From the IMG/VR virus record IMGVR_UViG_3300006033_000083, positions 1 through 30,977 of that record: a stretch of 30,977 nt of DNA; one strand, given 5' to 3'. The notes under the pieces were generated by a model. The model had not been told where the DNA came from. It ran no database searches and worked only from the letters and a program-made list of their open reading frames with translations. Both the position numbers and the translations under genes were made by a program. Source of the DNA: a virus (Duplodnaviria > Caudoviricetes). Shown in pieces: positions 26,637-30,977 of the stretch. How positions within the stretch are numbered: position 1 is the first letter of the stretch; each line of letters opens with the position of its first letter.

Positions 26637-27692
26637 GTGGCACCAACCGATAAGTACCAAGAAGCCATCAATTTCGTAGAGCGTTGCGGCTCAATTCTCG
26701 GGGCATCGAAAGCCCTTGGCATTGCGTACTCAACCATGCACGACCGTTACAGCAGGGCCAAAGAGAAGGGCTACACGGCGAACGGCATCAAAGAGTTCTC
26801 GGTGCCAGAACTGCCCCCACTCGAACTACCCATTGAAGAGATTATTGACCAGGCCGCGCGCCGGTTTGAACAGCGCCATGCTGGCACGAAAGCGCGTGAG
26901 TGGTTCCCTGTGCACATCAACATCGGTGGGCCATATGCGCTTGCGTTTGTCGGCGACCCGCACATGGACGACGATGGCTGCAACTGGCCGCTGCTCAAGC
27001 GCGACCTGAAGATCATCAACGACACACCTGGCATGTTCGGCGTTGGCATGGGTGACTACCTGAACAACTGGGTTGGCAGGCTCGCCCGCCTTTACGGTAG
27101 CCAGAACAGTAGCCAGCACACCGGCTGGCGCATGATGGATTGGTTCCTGCATTCGGTGAACTGGACGCTACTTATCCGAGGAAACCACGACCTATTTTGC
27201 GGCAACAATGACCCGCTTGACTGGATGTTTACGGGTAGCGCCGCGATGGCTGACTGGAGCGCGAAAGTGAAGTTCGTAAACCCTGACGGCCACGAGGTTC
27301 GACTCAATGCGGCGCATAGCTTCAAGGGTCATAGCCAGTGGAACCCAGTGCACGGCCCGATGAAGGCGGCTAAATTCTCTGGCCTCGCTGACATCTATGT
27401 GCAGGGGCATCACCATGAATGGGCGATGTTCCAGACTGAAGACTCTGACCGTGGGCGCTCGTACTGGGCGCTAAAGGCGCGGGGGTACAAGTACATCGAC
27501 CAGTATGCCGACCTGCACGGGTTCGGTAGCCAGACCTATGGCGCGAGTGTGGTTGCCATCATCGACCCTGATTGTGAGGGGCCTGCGATGGTGCAGTGCT
27601 TTGGCGATCTGGCTGAGGCGGCGCGCTTGCTTACGCTGAAGCGTGAGGCGTGGAAGGCGAAACATAAAAAGCGGAGCAAGTGTGAAGCGTAG
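26637..27692 (+). CDS. Calcineurin-like metallophosphoesterase with N-terminal HTH
   Basis: Metallophosphoesterase motifs GDPHMD, GDYLNN, GNHD, AAH, GHHH; N-terminal GSILGASKALGIAYSTMHDRY HTH. Confidence 0.85.
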   Translation: MAPTDKYQEAINFVERCGSILGASKALGIAYSTMHDRYSRAKEKGYTANGIKEFSVPELPPLELPIEEIIDQAARRFEQRHAGTKAREWFPVHINIGGPYALAFVGDPHMDDDGCNWPLLKRDLKIINDTPGMFGVGMGDYLNNWVGRLARLYGSQNSSQHTGWRMMDWFLHSVNWTLLIRGNHDLFCGNNDPLDWMFTGSAAMADWSAKVKFVNPDGHEVRLNAAHSFKGHSQWNPVHGPMKAAKFSGLADIYVQGHHHEWAMFQTEDSDRGRSYWALKARGYKYIDQYADLHGFGSQTYGASVVAIIDPDCEGPAMVQCFGDLAEAARLLTLKREAWKAKHKKRSKCEA

Positions 27693-27945
27693 CGAAGTAT
27701 TGGATGCGGCTGCGGTCTGCATCAACCAGGATAGGGCGGCTGAGTACGGCAGCGCTCAGGAGAATTTCACCCGCATTGCGCTGCTGTGGGCAGTGATTCT
27801 CGGCAGGCCGATTGCACTGCACGAGGTGGCGCTGTGCATGGATGCTGTGAAGACGGCGCGCCTGATTGGAAACCCGAAGCACGCAGATAGCTGGGTGGAT
27901 AAGGCTGGATATTCTGGCCTCGGCGGCGAACTGACAACGGAGTAA
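27682..27945 (+). CDS. DUF6378-like protein (small helical, nucleotide-pyrophosphatase-related phage family)
   Basis: GTG start with GGAG SD; DRAAEYGSAQENFTRIALLW...VALCMDAVKTARL...DSWVDKAGY pattern. Confidence 0.75.
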   Translation: MKRSEVLDAAAVCINQDRAAEYGSAQENFTRIALLWAVILGRPIALHEVALCMDAVKTARLIGNPKHADSWVDKAGYSGLGGELTTE

Positions 27946-27948
27946 TGT

Positions 27949-28410
27949 ATGCGTAATTCATGGAAGGCGGCCTATGCCGCGGTGATTGCCTTGGCCACGC
28001 CGATGGTCGCGGGATGGGAGGGCTTACGTGTGCGCGCGTATCTCGACCCCGTTGGCATCCCCACCATTTGCTATGGGGAAACCGAGGGCGTGAAAATGGG
28101 CGACGTGAAGACAAAGGCTGAGTGCGACAAGATGCTGACCTTCAAGATGGCGTATCTCTCTTGGCGTGTGGATAACATTGTGATAATCTCAATGAAGCCG
28201 GAAACGCACGCGGCGATGGTGTCGTTCGTTTACAACGTAGGCGAGGGCGCATTCAAGCGTTCGACCTTGCTGAAGAAGCTGAACGCCGGCGACGTGGTTG
28301 GTGCGTGCATGGAGCTTGACCGGTGGACGTATGCCGGTGGGCGGCAACTGACCGGCCTTGTGAAGCGTCGCGCTGCTGAGCGTGACCTGTGCCTGAAAGG
28401 GGCTGTGTAA
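27949..28410 (+). CDS. Endolysin, GH24 lysozyme with probable SAR N-terminus
   Basis: Catalytic E-x8-D-x5-T (WEGLRVRAYLDPVGIPT), FVYNVG, GLVKRRAAE; Ala-rich weakly hydrophobic helix directly before the Glu. Confidence 0.92.
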   Translation: MRNSWKAAYAAVIALATPMVAGWEGLRVRAYLDPVGIPTICYGETEGVKMGDVKTKAECDKMLTFKMAYLSWRVDNIVIISMKPETHAAMVSFVYNVGEGAFKRSTLLKKLNAGDVVGACMELDRWTYAGGRQLTGLVKRRAAERDLCLKGAV

Positions 28411-28634
28411 TGTGGGCTTGGGTGATCGGCACGAAGGCCGGACGTATTCTTGCTGGGTCGGTTGCGATAATCGCAATGCTCGGGCTTGTGTATCTAAAGG
28501 GCTACAGCGACGGCAAGCAGTCGGCTGTGGCAAAACAAAAGGAGGCCGACGATGCGGCGCGTAAACGTATTGAGGCTGTTGAGCCTGCTACCCCTGACTC
28601 TGTTATTCGCAGCCTGCGCGAAGGAACCTTCTAG
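28410..28634 (+). CDS. Inner-membrane spanin (Rz-like)
   Basis: TAATG coupling to endolysin; N-terminal TM followed by helical periplasmic segment. Confidence 0.7.
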   Translation: MWAWVIGTKAGRILAGSVAIIAMLGLVYLKGYSDGKQSAVAKQKEADDAARKRIEAVEPATPDSVIRSLREGTF

Positions 28635-28821
28635 CGCGGTGACGCCAAAGCTGCGCGTGTACTCACGTGATGTGCAGGCGCGTGCCGCTGACGAGCTGCA
28701 AGCGATGCCTGCCCCATGTGCTCCTGATGCGGTTGCTGGGAATTGCAGCGCAGTGAAGCGCCTGGTCGTGGACTATAAGACCACGCGTGACGAGATTCGG
28801 GCGATCAAGAAAAAGCGCTAG
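28552..28821 (+). CDS. Outer-membrane spanin lipoprotein (Rz1-like)
   Basis: Signal peptide with lipobox LFAAC; overlaps the 3' end of the i-spanin in another frame. Confidence 0.75.
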   Translation: MRRVNVLRLLSLLPLTLLFAACAKEPSSAVTPKLRVYSRDVQARAADELQAMPAPCAPDAVAGNCSAVKRLVVDYKTTRDEIRAIKKKR

Positions 28822-28918
28822 GTTTATCGGGGGTGGTGGCCCGTCAATTTAACAACGCCACTGCATTTGGACGGCCTTTGCTTTGCGCTTAGGCACCCCC
28901 GATTGCCCACAGGAGAAT
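28822..28918 (-). ncRNA. Candidate structured RNA downstream of int
   Basis: Perfect 10-bp stem 28826-28835/28894-28903 enclosing two hairpins and a possible pseudoknot; minus-strand promoter TTGCGG (28950-28945)-17 nt-TATACT (28927-28922). Confidence 0.5.
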
Positions 28919-28951
28919 GTGAGTATAATCCTAACGGGCATTCCCCGCAAT

Positions 28952-30046
28952 TCAAATCTGCATCCGCGCGGCGACCATGTTGGCAACCTGCGTTGCGCTG
29001 GTGCGGTGCGACTCGTCGATCAGGTGGGCGTAGCGCTTGGTGGTCTGTGGCGACTTGTGACCAAGAAGCCCGCCTATCTGTTCGAGCGACAAGCCAGCGG
29101 CCAGCGCTTCGGATGCGAAGCTGTGGCGCAGGTCGTGCAGCCTGAAGTCTTTTAGGCCAGCTCGGTCGCGCACTTTGTACCAGCACCGTTGTGGCCGGTT
29201 CGATATTCCTATGAGCCTGCCGTCTAGTGATGGCGTAGCCTCGATGATGGCGAGCGCTTGCGGCGGCATGTAGATGCGCTTCTTGCCGGTCTTGCTGTCT
29301 GGCAGCTCCAGCCACTCACCACGCAACCACTCTCGCCTTGAGCCGGTTATCTCGCTGACGCGCGCGCCTGTGAGGGCGAGTAGCCTGATGACCGCCACGC
29401 CTTCGGGGTGCTTGGGATGGTAGTGGTCGAGCGCCTCGGCCAGCCGCTTGAACTCATCGGCGCTGAGGTAGCGCTCGCGGTTCTCTTCGCCGTCAAGCAC
29501 GAAGTTCTTTGTCGGGTTGTAGTGTAGCAGGCCGCCTCGTATCTCTTCGCGGAACACGGCGGCGATGGCACCGATGGTCATGTTGACGCTTGAGATGGCA
29601 TATTTGCTGGCGAGCTTGTGGGCAACGCGCTCGATCTGAGGCGCATCAATATCGACCATGCGCTCGCCGCCGATGTGCTTGCCCCATATACGGAAAGCGA
29701 ACCGGTAGACGTGGGCGCTTGTTGGTTTCAGCTTGGCCTTAGCCCAAAACCTCTGGACTGATGCGTTGAAGGTGGGGGAGGCTATTGCATCCTGCCGCTT
29801 CTTGCTCGGGTCTTCGCCCATGGCAGCGCGGGCGTACCAGTCGCGGGCTTTCTTGCGCGCCTGCTCAATGGTGATGGCTGGCCACTCACCAAGCTTGGGC
29901 TTGCGCTGCGTGCCTGACTGGGTGCGGTAGTAGAGATACCATGCTTTGCGCTTGGCAAAGACGCGAAGCTGAAGACCTGGCACTGCTGCATCGCGCAGCA
30001 CGTCGCCGTTGGCTGCCGCGCGGATGGCGGCGTTGGTTATGGTCAG
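28952..30046 (-). CDS. int: Tyrosine integrase with N-terminal arm-binding domain (probable CTG start at 30046; first GTG at 30001)
   Basis: Catalytic TGARVSEI, HDLRHS, LGHKS, TKRYAH; arm domain PGLQLRV...WYLYYR...LGEWPAITIEQAR; frame stays open upstream as LTITNAAIRAA with AGGA SD 8 nt before CTG. Confidence 0.92.
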   Translation of the reverse strand: MTITNAAIRAAANGDVLRDAAVPGLQLRVFAKRKAWYLYYRTQSGTQRKPKLGEWPAITIEQARKKARDWYARAAMGEDPSKKRQDAIASPTFNASVQRFWAKAKLKPTSAHVYRFAFRIWGKHIGGERMVDIDAPQIERVAHKLASKYAISSVNMTIGAIAAVFREEIRGGLLHYNPTKNFVLDGEENRERYLSADEFKRLAEALDHYHPKHPEGVAVIRLLALTGARVSEITGSRREWLRGEWLELPDSKTGKKRIYMPPQALAIIEATPSLDGRLIGISNRPQRCWYKVRDRAGLKDFRLHDLRHSFASEALAAGLSLEQIGGLLGHKSPQTTKRYAHLIDESHRTSATQVANMVAARMQI

Positions 30047-30058
30047 TTGCTATTTCCT

Positions 30059-30264
30059 GCTGGTCACGCACTGGTCACGGGTGGTGGGTAGTGCGGCGTA
30101 TCGTAGAGTATCCACAGCCCAATGGAATCAATGACTTAGTAACTCCAAGTAAGCTGCGGTTATCTACAGTAATTAACCCTTTCTTAATAGTCAAGCAGCG
30201 ATTCGTTGTGTGGGCGCAGGCACTTAGCTGGTTGATAGCAAACGCTGGTCACACACTGGTCACG
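30059..30264. other. Probable attP: tandem arm-type repeats flanking an AT-rich core with IHF site
   Basis: GCTGGTCACGCACTGGTCACG (30059-30079) and GCTGGTCACACACTGGTCACG (30244-30264); IHF consensus AATCAATGACTTA at 30126-30138. Confidence 0.75.
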
Positions 30265-30482
30265 CCGTCACTCTCACGGTATTGCTCGCGCTGGCTTGGT
30301 CTTCGTTTGATGCAGTGGAACTCCTCGCGCGGCATGAAGTTCTGCTTCCGGTAGGTATAGTCGGAAAGCAGGATGCGGCGGATAAAATCTCGGTTGTAGT
30401 GTGTGCGCTCATGAATGAACTGCACACGCTCAACGATCTGGTCAGGCCCGTGGGGTTTTGGAGGTCGGCGGTTATCGCTCAC
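30249..30482 (-). CDS. Small basic hypothetical protein (position compatible with excisionase)
   Basis: Coupled to upstream ORF, adjacent to attP; no recognisable motif. Confidence 0.5.
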   Translation of the reverse strand: MSDNRRPPKPHGPDQIVERVQFIHERTHYNRDFIRRILLSDYTYRKQNFMPREEFHCIKRRPSQREQYRESDGVTSV

Positions 30483-30649
30483 GCTGACCTCCCCAAGCCT
30501 TGCAGCTTCCAGCCGTTTTTAGCGGCAATGCCCTCGGCCATCTTGCGTGCCTGCCATTCATTCACGGCGTGCAGCACACGTGCTTCAGGAAACCACTGGC
30601 CGGTAAAGGCGCGGCGCAGGAAGGTGGCTCTGTATGCCTGGCGTGGCAT
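30479..30649 (-). CDS. Hypothetical protein (56 aa, MPRQAYRATF...)
   Basis: TAATG coupling with the upstream HTH gene and overlap with the downstream start. Confidence 0.55.
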   Translation of the reverse strand: MPRQAYRATFLRRAFTGQWFPEARVLHAVNEWQARKMAEGIAAKNGWKLQGLGRSA

Positions 30650-30930
30650 TAGCCAACCAGCCCGTCGATGACCTTCACCTGCACCATAAGCACAGCGCGG
30701 CGAGCCTTGAGCCAGCGCACGACCAGCCACGGCTTTTTCTCTGCGGTGACTTCAGGGGTATGCGTGACAACAGTCGGTTTCGTCTTGATGCCCTTGCCGG
30801 ATAGGTAGTTGTAGACAGACTGCGGGTCGCGACCAAGCGAGCGTGAGATGCTCGGTGCAGGTTGGCGAATGATGATTCGGCGGATAACTTCGTAGCGTTC
30901 TGCGAGGGTATAGCGTCTATAATTATTCAT
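30649..30930 (-). CDS. HTH DNA-binding protein
   Basis: YTLAERYEVIR...PSISRSLGRDPQSVYNYL helix-turn-helix; SD AGGAGA upstream. Confidence 0.7.
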   Translation of the reverse strand: MNNYRRYTLAERYEVIRRIIIRQPAPSISRSLGRDPQSVYNYLSGKGIKTKPTVVTHTPEVTAEKKPWLVVRWLKARRAVLMVQVKVIDGLVG

Positions 30931-30959
30931 AAAAAATTCTCCTGTTGGTTAAAAGCACG

Positions 30960-30974
30960 TTGAGATAATCACAA
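30960..30974. promoter_or_regulatory. Palindromic operator TTGAGATAATCACAA upstream of the HTH gene
   Basis: Matches the repeated 15-mer; 30 bp upstream of the minus-strand ATG 30930. Confidence 0.7.
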
Positions 30975-30977
30975 CAC

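Noticed and set aside
28822-28918. Pistol or HDV-like ribozyme, c-di-GMP-I riboswitch, tRNA/tmRNA fragment, or plain terminator
   Set aside because: Short words match (CCUAAGCG, UUAAAU, CGCAAAGC) but order and required pairings do not; no T-loop or CCA end; no U-tract on either strand
28883-29155. Plus-strand ORF antisense to the int 3' end with AGGAG nearby
   Set aside because: SD is too close to the candidate starts (ATG immediately followed by TGA; GTG 3 nt away) and the ORF overlaps the int catalytic region
111-30974. Dispersed 15-mer as a CRISPR array, or as Fur/FNR/CRP/LexA/Irr boxes
   Set aside because: Copies are not regularly spaced; half-site spacing (6-3-6) does not fit FNR TTGAT-N4-ATCAA, CRP TGTGA-N6-TCACA, the 19-bp Fur box, Irr ICE or alphaproteobacterial LexA GTTC-N7-GTTC

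Overview
The whole window is part of a temperate, short-tailed (T7-tail-type, BPP-1/epsilon15-like) dsDNA phage. The + strand (145-28821) carries the late region: terS, terL, portal, scaffold, capsid, cement, tail adaptor and nozzle, a gp13-like GNAT, three ejection proteins (one with a lytic transglycosylase domain; one a 2528-aa polyvalent protein with ADP-ribosyltransferase-like and HExxH metallopeptidase modules), tail fibre/receptor-binding genes, and a lysis cassette interrupted by a metallophosphoesterase and a DUF6378-like gene. The - strand end (28952-30930) carries a tyrosine integrase with a probable CTG start, an apparently intact attP (arm repeats, IHF site) and three small genes including an HTH protein. 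The most notable unexplained signal is regulatory. A 15-bp palindrome (TTGHGA-WWW-TCDCAA) occurs at least 11 times, in almost every intergenic gap and inside lysis genes. A second box sits directly upstream of the -35 of four late promoters. Two minus-strand small-RNA candidates have their own sigma70-like promoters overlapped by these boxes, and one has a 5' end complementary to the RBS of the HTH gene. Also notable are three Met-Cys-starting proteins, one encoded in a direct-repeat-flanked cassette, suggesting an N-terminal virion-loading tag. All protein calls come from motif recognition and synteny; no searches were run.
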